Source: Spirochaetia bacterium (lineage in GTDB: Bacteria > Spirochaetota > Spirochaetia > DSM-2461). From it: a stretch of 64,000 nt of DNA. How positions within the stretch are numbered: the first letter of the stretch is position 1; each line of letters starts with the position of its first letter. This document shows positions 39,099-49,583 of this stretch, in pieces. The stretch is taken from contig CAXXIA010000001.1 of the NCBI GenBank assembly GCA_963666985.2, forward strand, positions 832,001-896,000. Reading direction: 5' to 3'. Made by a program: the position numbers and the translations under genes. A model generated the notes under the pieces. It saw only the letters and a program-made list of their open reading frames with translations. It searched no databases and was not told the DNA's origin.

Positions 39099-40351
39099 AC
39101 GGATTGGGCCTCCTTAAAGGGAATCCGGCTGCGGCCGTTCCGGCGGCCTTTATCCTCTGTTTTTTACTTATCTCCTGTGCGGGAATTCCCGAGCCGAAGA
39201 AGAACGATTTCGATACAATTTTCCAAAACCCATCTCAAGAAAAACAAGCGCTTCATGAAAACGGTGAGCCGGAAAGATTCTCCGGCGATGAAATCGCGGA
39301 ACCAATTCCCGAATCATCCACGGATCCGCTCGAAGAAGTCTCGCGCCTTTGGTACGGCGGTTATCACGACGAAGCCCGAAAACGATTTTGGAAGGACGAC
39401 GTCAGGTCACTCGCTCATGGTGAAAGGGACTCGGAATGGTCCATCTGGCGCGGCAGACTTTTCATGGAATGCTGGAGCTGTTCTCAATTGGGATTGGCCG
39501 GAGAGAACGTTTCGGCTCTTCTGGCGGATCATGACGATATCTGGATCGGAACATGGACAGGCGGAATTACGCGATTCTCCCGTCCTTTGGAAGATTATAC
39601 CCTCCGGGATTCCGGCCGGCCGTCTTTAGCCGTTCGCACGGTCAATTCCATCGTCCGTTACGGAGATACCGTTTGGGTCGTACGATACGGCGGCGTGGAG
39701 CGGTACGATCTGAGAAGCGGTGTTTGGTCGAACGTCGGCGGCTTACCCGTAGCCGAGCGCCTTCAAGACATCCATATCTGCAAAACGGGAACTTATCTGG
39801 CCACTCTCGGGCACGGCATGTGGCTTGATGACGGAACCGGCTGGCGGATGATAAGAACCCCCGGTCTCTTTATTACGAATCTTGAACCCGGAGCGGATGA
39901 TGAGCTCATCGTCATGACAATGGACAGGGGACTCTTTGTTCTTGATGCGGCGTCGAACACATGGAATCGGCCGCCTTCGGGATTTCTGAGGGAAGTAAAC
40001 GTTACTTCGGCGGTTAGGTACGGAGAACGAATCTACGGAGGAACCTACGGCTTCGGCGCCTTCGTCTGGAACACCGAATCGGGAGATGTCGAAAGGATCG
40101 ACTCCGCAATTCTCGGTGATTCCTACGTGCTCGCCGCCGAACGTTCGCAAAACCGGATCTTTTTCGGAACATTCGGCGCGGGACTGGTATCATGGAATCC
40201 TGAAAGTGACACATGGGATCGCGTATCATTGAAAGAAGGTCTTCCTTCGGCGGATATCGCGGCCCTTCAATCCGATGGGATGGGCAACATTTGGGCGGGA
40301 ACTCTCGGCGGAGGAGTCGTTAACGTATCCGGAGGAATCCACGGTGATTGA
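39095..40351 (+). CDS. Beta-propeller lipoprotein
   Basis: Lipobox-like LLISC; repeats IWIGTWTGG, YLATLGHG, IYGGTYGFG, IFFGTFGAG, IWAGTLGGG. Confidence 0.75.
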   Translation: MNGLGLLKGNPAAAVPAAFILCFLLISCAGIPEPKKNDFDTIFQNPSQEKQALHENGEPERFSGDEIAEPIPESSTDPLEEVSRLWYGGYHDEARKRFWKDDVRSLAHGERDSEWSIWRGRLFMECWSCSQLGLAGENVSALLADHDDIWIGTWTGGITRFSRPLEDYTLRDSGRPSLAVRTVNSIVRYGDTVWVVRYGGVERYDLRSGVWSNVGGLPVAERLQDIHICKTGTYLATLGHGMWLDDGTGWRMIRTPGLFITNLEPGADDELIVMTMDRGLFVLDAASNTWNRPPSGFLREVNVTSAVRYGERIYGGTYGFGAFVWNTESGDVERIDSAILGDSYVLAAERSQNRIFFGTFGAGLVSWNPESDTWDRVSLKEGLPSADIAALQSDGMGNIWAGTLGGGVVNVSGGIHGD

Positions 40352-41627
40352 ACGACGGGATTTATCACCGACGCTCACAAAATACATCCTCGCTGAATTC
40401 TCTCTTTCATTCGTGGTCAGCTTCCTTTTTTATTTCCTTGTTTTCTTGTTGAATCAGCTTCTTCTTATGGCTCAAGGAATCCTGGCGAAGGGCATTCCCT
40501 TGGGATCGGTCTTGTTGCTTCTGCTCTATTCACTCCCTTCGTTCATCACACTTTCGGCGCCTTTCGCGACCCTTACGGCGGCCTTAATGACCTACGGGCA
40601 TTTTTCCTCGGAAAATGAGATACTCGCCATGCGGAGTGCGGGTTTTCGAAGAATAACGATTTTTTCACCCATACTCATTTCCGGAATCCTCTTGGCCTTT
40701 TTATCCTTTGAAATCAACGACATACTCCTGCCGGCGGGAACGAAGGCCTTCCAAAAACTCTGGATAGAATTAAGCCTGACCCATCCCGGTCTGGAACTGG
40801 AACCCTATTCGGTTCGCGTTTTTAAACGATCCGTATTGGTTACCGGTGCCATCGATGATGAAGGGATTCATCCCATGGTTATCATTGAGAAGGATGCCGA
40901 CGGAAACAGAAGTACCATCATGTCCTCTCTGGCCACTCCCAGAATCAGAGGAAGGCAGGAGAGTCTTCCGGGATTTCGCATGAATGATGTCTTCATCCTG
41001 ATTCCGGATTCCCGTTCCGAGAACAAATGGACCTGGAGTTCCGCGGATTTCATGGATTACAGGCTGCTTTCCGAACAAAACAATATTCTCGATGCTCAAT
41101 CGGGACCTACTCATATGCGTATCAGGGATATTAAAGAGGTGATTACCGAAAAATCGAATCGATTCGACTTACGGCTTGAGCAGCATAAAAGCCGATTGGA
41201 ACAATCCCGATGGTCTTTGTCGCTTGAATATATGGAACTTTCAAGAAGTGATTCTTCGAACGAACGAACGATTCGCCCGAGATTGGCAAGAAATTCTTCG
41301 GAAATCGAGGATTTATTGGAAAATCCGCCGACAGACCACTCTCTGCAGGTTTGGAAACTGGAGTTTTTCCAGAAATTCGCCATTCCTTTCGCGTGTATCC
41401 CTTTTGTCGTGCTGGCTTTTCCCTTGGGACTTTCGGCGAAAAGAAGCGGTCGGGCCGTCGGATTTTTCATCGGGCTTTTACTGACGACCTTTTATTGGAG
41501 TCTGTTGGTTCTCGGCCGCTCTCTGGGCTTACGCTCTTCGGTATCTCCGTTTCTCGTAATGATTCTTCCGGACATTATCCTGTTGGCCGTTGGCGTAATC
41601 CTCTATACCGTACGGGGCCGGTTATGA
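40344..41627 (+). CDS. lptF: LptF/LptG family permease
   Basis: KYILAE, three N-terminal TMs, SENEILAMRSAG, periplasmic domain, KFAIPFAC. GTG start behind GGAGG. Confidence 0.87.
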   Translation: MIERRDLSPTLTKYILAEFSLSFVVSFLFYFLVFLLNQLLLMAQGILAKGIPLGSVLLLLLYSLPSFITLSAPFATLTAALMTYGHFSSENEILAMRSAGFRRITIFSPILISGILLAFLSFEINDILLPAGTKAFQKLWIELSLTHPGLELEPYSVRVFKRSVLVTGAIDDEGIHPMVIIEKDADGNRSTIMSSLATPRIRGRQESLPGFRMNDVFILIPDSRSENKWTWSSADFMDYRLLSEQNNILDAQSGPTHMRIRDIKEVITEKSNRFDLRLEQHKSRLEQSRWSLSLEYMELSRSDSSNERTIRPRLARNSSEIEDLLENPPTDHSLQVWKLEFFQKFAIPFACIPFVVLAFPLGLSAKRSGRAVGFFIGLLLTTFYWSLLVLGRSLGLRSSVSPFLVMILPDIILLAVGVILYTVRGRL

Positions 41628-42703
41628 GAACCTACCGCCGCCTGCTCCTTAAGGAATTCATCCCCTTTCTCATCCTCGGCATTGTCTTTTTCGCTTTGAT
41701 TCTTGTGCTTGCCGATGTCTTTTCAAATCTCTGGAGATATCTCAATCGAGAGATTCCATTCTCTCAAGCCATTCTCGTCAGTCTTCTTTATGCGCCGAAA
41801 GCCCTTTCTTATTCTCTTCCCATCGGAGCCATGTTCGCCGCGGCCTTTGCCCTGGGTACACTCGGCAGCCGCAACGAACTCATCGCCGTATTCGGTTCCG
41901 GAGTTTCTCTTTTCCGGTTTGTCCTTCCCATTCTCATCGTCGCCGCCGTTCTCAGCATCGGCGGTTACATTCTGGAAGATAAAGCGGCCATACCGATGAT
42001 GAAAAAAAGGAATGCTCTCTCGGATCAGCTTCTGGGAATAAAAGACTCGAAGAACCGATCAAAAGCCGTTGCCATTGCCGATAAGGGGAAGATTGTCTAT
42101 TACGCGGACTATTACAACGATGGAAATCAAACCCTCACGGGTCTTACCGTGCTGAAGATGAACGAATCCGGTGATTTCATGATGAGAATTGACGCGGAAA
42201 AAGCAACTTGGGAGAACGAAGGACTGTGGCGCATGGAAGGATGCCGTGTTTTTACCGTCGACGAGTCGGGGGATGTCGTGCAGAAAATATACGGGAAGTA
42301 CCGTGATGAAGCGATTTGCGAAACACCCTCAACGTTCCGATTGGATACGAGAGAGCTGGATGAAATGACGGGGAGGGAGGCCAGAGGGTGGATTGTCACG
42401 CAGAAAAATGCCGGTCTGCCGTATAAAGCGTTTCAGGCGGAGTTCTACCAGAGATTCACCATATCCCTCACGCCCTTTTTAGTCGTTCTTTTTTCCGGCG
42501 CATTGGGAGGAAGATTTAAGCGGAATATTCTGCTTATGAGTCTTCTTTCGAGTCTGGGCCTTTCTTCGGCATGGTATATAGTACGAATGATCTCCACATT
42601 GCTTTCGGAACTCGGCATGGTTTCTCCGCTGATGGGCGCCGTTGTTCCTTATACGGCTTTTCTGGCACTCGGCGGCTGGCTATTCAGGCACGCGAGAACA
42701 TAG
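41624..42703 (+). CDS. lptG: LptF/LptG family permease
   Basis: RNELIAVFGSGVS and the same topology; ATGA overlap with lptF. Confidence 0.87.
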   Translation: MRTYRRLLLKEFIPFLILGIVFFALILVLADVFSNLWRYLNREIPFSQAILVSLLYAPKALSYSLPIGAMFAAAFALGTLGSRNELIAVFGSGVSLFRFVLPILIVAAVLSIGGYILEDKAAIPMMKKRNALSDQLLGIKDSKNRSKAVAIADKGKIVYYADYYNDGNQTLTGLTVLKMNESGDFMMRIDAEKATWENEGLWRMEGCRVFTVDESGDVVQKIYGKYRDEAICETPSTFRLDTRELDEMTGREARGWIVTQKNAGLPYKAFQAEFYQRFTISLTPFLVVLFSGALGGRFKRNILLMSLLSSLGLSSAWYIVRMISTLLSELGMVSPLMGAVVPYTAFLALGGWLFRHART

Positions 42704-42707
42704 CACA

Positions 42708-43835
42708 ATGGTTCCCATGATAGAAATTCGCTCAAAAGACTCGGAATCCCATGCCCGCACGGGGGTCTTGAAACTCCCCAGAGGAGATGTCCGGACACCC
42801 GCGTTCATGCCGGTGGGAACCGCCGGAACCGTTAAGGCAATGCTGCACAGTTCCATCGCGGACATCGGATTCAATCTTATCCTCGGAAATACGTATCACC
42901 TCTATTTAAGACCCGGTATGGACGTTATTTCCGCTTACGGCGGTTTGCATGAGTTCTCATCCTGGAAGGGCAATATCCTCACGGATTCCGGAGGATTCCA
43001 AGTGTTTTCCCTCGCGCCGTTTCGAAAGATCGACGATGAGGGTGTAACCTTCCGATCTCATATCGACGGTTCAAAACATACCCTCACTCCCGAAAAGGTT
43101 GTTGATATCCAAACCATCCTCGGAAGCGATATTCAGATGCAGCTCGATGTCTGCACACCGCCGGGAATCGACTTCACCGAAGCGGAGAAGGCCTTAAAAT
43201 TAACCACGGAATGGGCAAAAAGAGCCCGGATTAGGCGCGCTGAAAAACCCGAATCCTATCGCGGTTCGCTCTTCGGAATTGTTCAGGGAAATTTTTTCGA
43301 GGATTTAAGGAAAAGAAGCGCCGAAGAACTCTGCGAATTGGATCTGCCCGGATACGCCATCGGCGGACTTTCCGTGGGAGAAGACCCTTCCGTATTCCGT
43401 GATTTTCTTCATTATACGGCCAATCTCCTGCCCGAGGAGAAACCCAGATATGTTATGGGCATCGGCACGCCCGATTACATGCTTGAGGCCGTTGAAGCGG
43501 GTATCGATGTTTTCGACTGCGTTTATCCGACTCGTGTGGCGCGAAACGGCACCTGCTTTACACCCGACGGAATGCTGAATTTGAAAAACGCTCAATTTAA
43601 AAACGACCGAGGACCCATTGTCGAAGGCTGTTCCTGCCCGGCCTGCACGCGCTACAGCAGGGGATATCTGCGACATCTCTTTGCCGCAAAAGAAATCCTG
43701 GGCCCCATGCTGGTAACATACCACAACCTTCAGTTTCTCTATGACATGATGGAGGCCTCTCGCCGCGCCATTGAGTCAAATGAGTTTTTAAAATTTAAGA
43801 ATTCGTTCCTTTCTTCGTTCGGAGGGAAAACTTGA
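42708..43835 (+). CDS. tgt: tRNA-guanine transglycosylase
   Basis: TPAFMPVGT, NTYHL, TDSGGFQ, FDCVYPTR, CSCPAC. Confidence 0.98.
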   Translation: MVPMIEIRSKDSESHARTGVLKLPRGDVRTPAFMPVGTAGTVKAMLHSSIADIGFNLILGNTYHLYLRPGMDVISAYGGLHEFSSWKGNILTDSGGFQVFSLAPFRKIDDEGVTFRSHIDGSKHTLTPEKVVDIQTILGSDIQMQLDVCTPPGIDFTEAEKALKLTTEWAKRARIRRAEKPESYRGSLFGIVQGNFFEDLRKRSAEELCELDLPGYAIGGLSVGEDPSVFRDFLHYTANLLPEEKPRYVMGIGTPDYMLEAVEAGIDVFDCVYPTRVARNGTCFTPDGMLNLKNAQFKNDRGPIVEGCSCPACTRYSRGYLRHLFAAKEILGPMLVTYHNLQFLYDMMEASRRAIESNEFLKFKNSFLSSFGGKT

Positions 43836-45415
43836 ACGATTCCGCTCAGCATCGGAAAAGCGCCGTATCCACCGTATTGGTAATGAGCTGTACATTCCTC
43901 AGCCGAATTATGGGATTCGTCAGAACGGCGCTTATTGCGGCGTTTTTCGGAGCCAAAGGCGACGCGGATGTTGTGAATCTGGTTTTTTCCATTCCCAACA
44001 ATTTAAGGAAACTCCTTGCCGAAGGAGCCATATCCTCGGCTTTCATACCGGAGTTATCCGGAGAAATCGAAGCCGATCCGTCTCTTGCCGGAGCAAAAGC
44101 TTTGGCCAAACGGATTCTCGGTCTGCAGTGCATAATCATCCTTCCCATTTTACTCATTTCATTGCTTTTTCCCGAAGGCGTACTCATCCTTTTCGAGGGA
44201 TTCGCGGATCCGGCGAAAAAGGAACTCAGTATTGTTCTCTTCCGCTGGATGATTCCGTATCTTTTTTTCGTCAGCGTCAGCGCCATAATGATGGCGGTTC
44301 TCAATACGCATTTCAGATTTTTCATTCCGGCGATAACGCCCATCGTTTTTTCAATTGCCGTTATCGGTTCTTTGATTACAACGCATGGAAAGCTCGGGGC
44401 CGTATCCATCGGAATCGGCGTTTTTATCGGCGGTCTGCTCCAGATCGCCGTTCAGTATCCGCTGTTCCGTAAACTGCGGTATTCGCTGCTTCCTTCCTTT
44501 CGGTTTTCCAGCGATGCGTTTCAGAGGCTTCTTCGACGATGGGGCCCCATGCTTCTGACGTCTTCTTTGTTTTACATCAACAGCTGGCTTGCCGTACGCC
44601 TTGCCACCATCCTCCCGGACGGAAGCACTTCCGCGCTTTCAAACGCAATTGTGTTTTATCAGCTTCCCTTCGGTCTTTTTTCGGCATCCATAACAACCGT
44701 CCTTTATCCTCGCATGAGCCGATTCGCCGCTTCGGGGAATTTTAAAGGAGTTGTTGAGAGTTTGGGATTCGGATACAGAAACCTCTGGGCGCTTCTTTTA
44801 CCGTCGGCGATGCTGATGATACTCCTCGGAGAACCTATTGTCGCGGTGGCATTTCAAAGAGGAGCCTTTACGGCGGATGATGTCCAAAAAACGATTCGAG
44901 TTCTTACGGCCTATTCGGTCGGGATGCCGTTTGTCGGATTATTCAATATCACCCAACGATCCCTTTACGCCATAGGCAGGGTTCGAGAACCTTTTTTATG
45001 CGCTCTTGCCGCGGTCGCTCTTGATGTAACCTTCTCGCTTCTCTCCGTTTTTGTCTTTCATTGGCCGGTGGAAGCCCTTGCCTGGGCAAACTCGGTCGCC
45101 TTCTTGTTCGGGGCCTCTCTACAGTATGTCGTTATGGGGAAAGTCTCCGGATTTACGCTCGCCGGAAAAACGGTGACGACGTTCCTGAAAGTAATCTTCG
45201 CAACCGCTGCGGGTGCTTGCTTTATCGTTCTCTCTTTTCAAGTTCTCGGAACACATTGGTGGAGCGGGGGAAGCACCTGGAAGGGATTTGGGATTTTAGC
45301 CGCTGTTGCGGCTCTTACGGCCGGTGTTGTTCTTCTTCTCTATTTCTGGATGAATATAGAAACCGTGTCTATAATCCTGAAAAGGGGAGAGGGCGCAAAA
45401 AATGACCGGCAATAG
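43832..45415 (+). CDS. murJ: Lipid II flippase MurJ/MviN
   Basis: SRIMGFVR, IPNNLRKLLAEGA..AFIP, YQLPFGLF, FQRGAF. Confidence 0.95.
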   Translation: MNDSAQHRKSAVSTVLVMSCTFLSRIMGFVRTALIAAFFGAKGDADVVNLVFSIPNNLRKLLAEGAISSAFIPELSGEIEADPSLAGAKALAKRILGLQCIIILPILLISLLFPEGVLILFEGFADPAKKELSIVLFRWMIPYLFFVSVSAIMMAVLNTHFRFFIPAITPIVFSIAVIGSLITTHGKLGAVSIGIGVFIGGLLQIAVQYPLFRKLRYSLLPSFRFSSDAFQRLLRRWGPMLLTSSLFYINSWLAVRLATILPDGSTSALSNAIVFYQLPFGLFSASITTVLYPRMSRFAASGNFKGVVESLGFGYRNLWALLLPSAMLMILLGEPIVAVAFQRGAFTADDVQKTIRVLTAYSVGMPFVGLFNITQRSLYAIGRVREPFLCALAAVALDVTFSLLSVFVFHWPVEALAWANSVAFLFGASLQYVVMGKVSGFTLAGKTVTTFLKVIFATAAGACFIVLSFQVLGTHWWSGGSTWKGFGILAAVAALTAGVVLLLYFWMNIETVSIILKRGEGAKNDRQ

Positions 45416-46793
45416 AATCCCGAATAAGAATTTCATCCGTTTGATCCTCGCGGCGTTTCTGGTTATCTCGGCGTTTTCCGAAGCGGCCTCGGAAGAAAGC
45501 GGCGATACCGAGAAAGAACTGGAAGAAAAGCGAAAAGAAACCGAAGACGTTCTCAAATTCGGTATCGACAGCGAAGTCTTAACCGTTCTCGGCAACCTTA
45601 AAAGCGAAAAAGACGCCTCTTTTAATGATCTGCTGACAAAAATTTACACGGAAAGCAGATATACATCGATCAAACAGGAAATCATCAGACTTTGGAACGA
45701 TACGGAGTACGAGGACGGATTGCCGTTCGCTCATGAAGAGATTCGGAAAGTCGTTGAAGATGAAGATTTCGAGCCGCCGCTTGTGAAAACCGCTCTTTCT
45801 TATATCGCCGTGATGCATTATGAGGAGGCGAGTCCCGAGCTGACGATTCTTACCGATTACAGAGACGATGAAATCGCGGCCGCGGCGATACGAGCCGTCG
45901 GGGCCGTCGGAACCACCGGGAATGAGGCGGTTGGAGAAGGGCTGTTGACTCGTCTGAAAAAAGAAGATCCCGCGGCGAACGAAGATCTCGTCGCCGCTCT
46001 GATTGTAACCCTCGGAGAAATCAAATATGAACCCGCCGCGCAAGAATTGGTCTATATCGCCGAAGATGAAGGCGCCTCGGCGGGACATCGCAGACTGGCT
46101 TGCGTTTCCATCGGGAAAATCGGACGGGAAGAAGATTTCTCGGTAGTGGAGAGGCTTTATTATGAATCCGACGATGCCATGCTGCGCGCGTATGCCCTGG
46201 CCGGTCTTGCCGAATTTACGGACAGAGATTCAAGCGACGTTCTCATCAGCGCTTTAAAGCGGGATTCCTTTTGGAAAATTCGTGTTACCGCGGCGCAGCA
46301 TATGGAAAGCGCCGAGGGCGATGATCTGGATGAAATGCTGCGCTATAAAGCCTCGCACGATCCTGTTAATCAAGTCAGAATCACTTCATTAAAGGCGCTT
46401 GGAATTCGGGCCGGTTCTGAAAACAATACGTACCTAATTGATTATTTCAGCGATAAAAGCCGCGGAATCGATTTAAGAATCGCCTGTTTGAATGTTCTTC
46501 TTGAGAATAAAACCTCGGGAACCGCGGATGCCGTAAAAAACGTTATGGATGAAGAATGGGATTCTCCCGGACGTTTTCTTGAATTCATCTGCCGTGAACT
46601 TTCAAGAGCCGAATGGAAAGCTCTCGCTCCTCTCTACGAAAAGATGCTGGATCATAAGAATTGGCTCATTCCCGTTTACGGAATTCGGGGAATAAGGAAG
46701 AACGGCATCCAATCGCTCGAAGGAAAAATCGCCGCCCTTGATGCGGACGGCGTGGACGGACGTATCAGGAGGGAAGTCACCGGCGGGAGTTAA
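45402..46793 (+). CDS. Exported HEAT-repeat protein
   Basis: Signal peptide and HEAT/PBS-like repeats (AAAIRAVG, ALIVTLGEI, LRAYALAGL, VRITSLKALG). Confidence 0.8.
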   Translation: MTGNRIPNKNFIRLILAAFLVISAFSEAASEESGDTEKELEEKRKETEDVLKFGIDSEVLTVLGNLKSEKDASFNDLLTKIYTESRYTSIKQEIIRLWNDTEYEDGLPFAHEEIRKVVEDEDFEPPLVKTALSYIAVMHYEEASPELTILTDYRDDEIAAAAIRAVGAVGTTGNEAVGEGLLTRLKKEDPAANEDLVAALIVTLGEIKYEPAAQELVYIAEDEGASAGHRRLACVSIGKIGREEDFSVVERLYYESDDAMLRAYALAGLAEFTDRDSSDVLISALKRDSFWKIRVTAAQHMESAEGDDLDEMLRYKASHDPVNQVRITSLKALGIRAGSENNTYLIDYFSDKSRGIDLRIACLNVLLENKTSGTADAVKNVMDEEWDSPGRFLEFICRELSRAEWKALAPLYEKMLDHKNWLIPVYGIRGIRKNGIQSLEGKIAALDADGVDGRIRREVTGGS

Positions 46794-46807
46794 TTCCCCT
46801 CCGGTGA
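46777..46807. terminator. Hairpin between convergent HEAT and greA genes
   Basis: TCACCGG..GGGAG-TTAA-TTCCC..CCGGTGA inverted repeat over the stop codon. Confidence 0.45.
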
Positions 46808-46821
46808 GGCTTTCAAGAGCG

Positions 46822-49518
46822 CTATGAGAGTTCGATAGGTTCCACTTCTTTCACTGTATAGTTATAACGCCGATCGTTAATGGTAAAATCAAGCACATCA
46901 CCTTCAACCTTGCCCAAGAAAGCACTTCCGAACGGAGAAAGATAGGAAATAACCTTCTCCGAAGGATTGGATTCCCAAGGACCGAGTATGGTGAAGGAAT
47001 CTTCCTTTTTCTCAAGCAGATCTTCCAAAGTGATTTTTGTGGCGAAACTGATTTTTCCGGCGTCTCTGTCGTCTTCGGTATAAAGGCGGGCGCGTTCCAA
47101 ATCGTCAGTAAGCTTTCCCACTTGGATTTGAAGAGATTCCTGTTTTTCCTTGCCCGCTTTGTATTCCGCGTTTTCACTGAGGTCGCCGAGTTCGATGGCG
47201 GCTCCGATTTCTTTCGAGTTTTTGGGAATCTCCACTTCGACGATATTCTTAAGCTCTTTCTGTTTCGCCGTAAGGCTGGATTGCAGAGTAAAGAAATAGC
47301 GGCTTGATGTTGAAGTAATCGTTTCCGGCGATTTCTGATCGCCGAAGAAGCGAATTCCCGGAAAGGTTTTGACGATTTCCGAACGCAGATTTCTTATGGT
47401 AACAGGATCAATATCGTGGATATCGTCCAAAATGGTGAAAATTCGAACGGCCGATTTTTCATCGCCTTCGATTAAAAATTTCTGAAGACGCCCTTCTTTG
47501 AAGAGGAAATTTTGAATCTGACGGTTCAGCTTCCTGTTCAGGCTCACATCCCGCTTATTTTCAATATCGTTGAAGGTCAGTCCCAAAAGACGAATCAAGT
47601 TGATGAATATCTTTTCAATTTTAAGCCCGAGAGATATGAGCCAGCCGCTTTCAACCGCATGCTTGGCAATCCAGATAATGCCTTCACGGTATTCGCGGAA
47701 GTGTTCGACAATCTCCTCAAGCTTAGAGAGAACCTCATCCCTATATCCGGCCTTCAAAAGGTCGTCCAGCATGCTCCTGGAAAGCTGCACGGGGAAAAGA
47801 AGAAGGTAAATATCTTTCCACTCTTCGATGTCGCTTTTTACGGAACTTAAGAAATCCTTTCTCAGTTCCGAATCTTCCAACTGAGAAAAAATTTCCACCG
47901 GATTTTCAATATCGGACCAAAGTTCTTTGAATCCCCAGTCGAGCCCGGGGCTCAAAAATGTGAATTCTTTCGCCAAATGCGTTACGAAAAGATAACTGGC
48001 GACAACCTGAACGGAAACATTCCCCGATTTTAAAAACGACGTGAAATAGTCGAACATCTCGGCAAAAAACTCGGAATCCGGATCGCACTCGCTTAAGAAA
48101 TCCCGAACCGTTTGTATTTTCCCGAAGAAGTTCTTCTCGGCTTTAAACTGATTGAACGTTTTCTCTTCGAGACTCATCGGCTTATCGCGGACAACGAACT
48201 GATCCAGTTTATCGGGGACATTTCCAAAAACCGGGTCCGTTTTCAGAATCTTGCGGGCATCGGGACTCCAGCCGGACCATTCACTGGCGGTGAGGATGGT
48301 CGGAACGAGTTCGGCCTTGATTTTTTTCATGTCGGCGACATTGTCGAAGCTTTTGATAATCGTTTTCAGGGCCCAGGCTTTGTCCGTTTTTACCTTGGCT
48401 TTAAGCTTGTCCTTGGAGTGGATGCTCTTCAAAACCCAGATATGGTCCCGTGAAAGGCTCTGCAGGGCGCCGACGGCCATTTTAAGAGACATGGTATGAT
48501 CTCGGTTTTTGGCAAAGTCGATCGTAATTTCATCGCCTTTGATGCCTTTGATAATCCCGACACCCCAGGTTTTATGAAACACGAAACTGCCGGCGTCGAA
48601 AGAAATATGCTTCTCGAAATCCGCGATGGCTTCGAGAACGTTTCTCCAGTTTTGATTCAGGTTGGAGAGCCGGATATATTCTTCAAGCTGACTGTGATCG
48701 GCATACTGCGCCCTGTAGCACTGGATGATTTCCTGACGGGCCCAGTTGTTTCTTCCGTCGTAGTTCAGAATCCGTTTGAGCACTTCGATGGCCGTATCCC
48801 ATTCTTCCCGATCCTTAATCGCCGGGTAGAGTTCCTCAAGAAGGCTCACGGCTCTTTCGACGCTCATTGATTTGGCGACTTTCTTTTCAATAAGGAAGAA
48901 GAATTCGTAATCATCCACGCCATGTTCAACGAGCTTCTGCCAAATGTCCCGAACATGATTGAAAAGGTTCTTGTTTACGTATCTGTGAATGGCCTTTCGG
49001 TAGTAAAGAACGGCGCCTTCGATGTCGTCATTCGCCTCACGCTTCTCGGCGAGACGGCGGACGATATCCGCTTCGGAATAGTCGACTTTGATCAGACGTT
49101 CCCACGCCTCAAACATATCGTCTTGTCTGTTTAAGTGCTCCAGAGTCTCCGCGAGAGTTCTTAAAGCATCTTTATTTTCACCGAAATCGAGAATGCGGCG
49201 ACACAGATATTCAACGGCGCTCCATTTATGGTTATCCGAGAAAATTCCAATAAGATTCAGCAGATGAGTATCATCGACTTGCTGTTTCCGAAGAGATACG
49301 ACGCCGGAAATGTAGAGAGCCACGATACTGTTTTTCGTATGCTCAAGGTGTTCCAGGCATAATTCCTGCACTTCGTCGTGAGCTTCACCCGTGATGACCT
49401 CTTCGATGACTTTATCGAGTTCTTTGAAATTCCCGACGGCATAATCATTAAGCGTGGCGCGAGTCCACTTTTCTTCATTGAGCATACCGCTGATTCGTTC
49501 GATGATTTTATCAGGCAT
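46822..49518 (-). CDS. greA: Large GreA: about 740 aa helical N-terminal extension plus C-terminal GreA domain
   Basis: C-terminal GDLSENAEYKA, ILGPWES, ISYLSPFG. ATG 49518 follows GGAGG. Confidence 0.92.
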   Translation of the reverse strand: MPDKIIERISGMLNEEKWTRATLNDYAVGNFKELDKVIEEVITGEAHDEVQELCLEHLEHTKNSIVALYISGVVSLRKQQVDDTHLLNLIGIFSDNHKWSAVEYLCRRILDFGENKDALRTLAETLEHLNRQDDMFEAWERLIKVDYSEADIVRRLAEKREANDDIEGAVLYYRKAIHRYVNKNLFNHVRDIWQKLVEHGVDDYEFFFLIEKKVAKSMSVERAVSLLEELYPAIKDREEWDTAIEVLKRILNYDGRNNWARQEIIQCYRAQYADHSQLEEYIRLSNLNQNWRNVLEAIADFEKHISFDAGSFVFHKTWGVGIIKGIKGDEITIDFAKNRDHTMSLKMAVGALQSLSRDHIWVLKSIHSKDKLKAKVKTDKAWALKTIIKSFDNVADMKKIKAELVPTILTASEWSGWSPDARKILKTDPVFGNVPDKLDQFVVRDKPMSLEEKTFNQFKAEKNFFGKIQTVRDFLSECDPDSEFFAEMFDYFTSFLKSGNVSVQVVASYLFVTHLAKEFTFLSPGLDWGFKELWSDIENPVEIFSQLEDSELRKDFLSSVKSDIEEWKDIYLLLFPVQLSRSMLDDLLKAGYRDEVLSKLEEIVEHFREYREGIIWIAKHAVESGWLISLGLKIEKIFINLIRLLGLTFNDIENKRDVSLNRKLNRQIQNFLFKEGRLQKFLIEGDEKSAVRIFTILDDIHDIDPVTIRNLRSEIVKTFPGIRFFGDQKSPETITSTSSRYFFTLQSSLTAKQKELKNIVEVEIPKNSKEIGAAIELGDLSENAEYKAGKEKQESLQIQVGKLTDDLERARLYTEDDRDAGKISFATKITLEDLLEKKEDSFTILGPWESNPSEKVISYLSPFGSAFLGKVEGDVLDFTINDRRYNYTVKEVEPIELS

Positions 49519-49583
49519 TGTGCCTCCCAAACGCGTATTGTCGTCGGTTCCGAATGAATCCGGATCGTGTCCGGCTTTCATCA

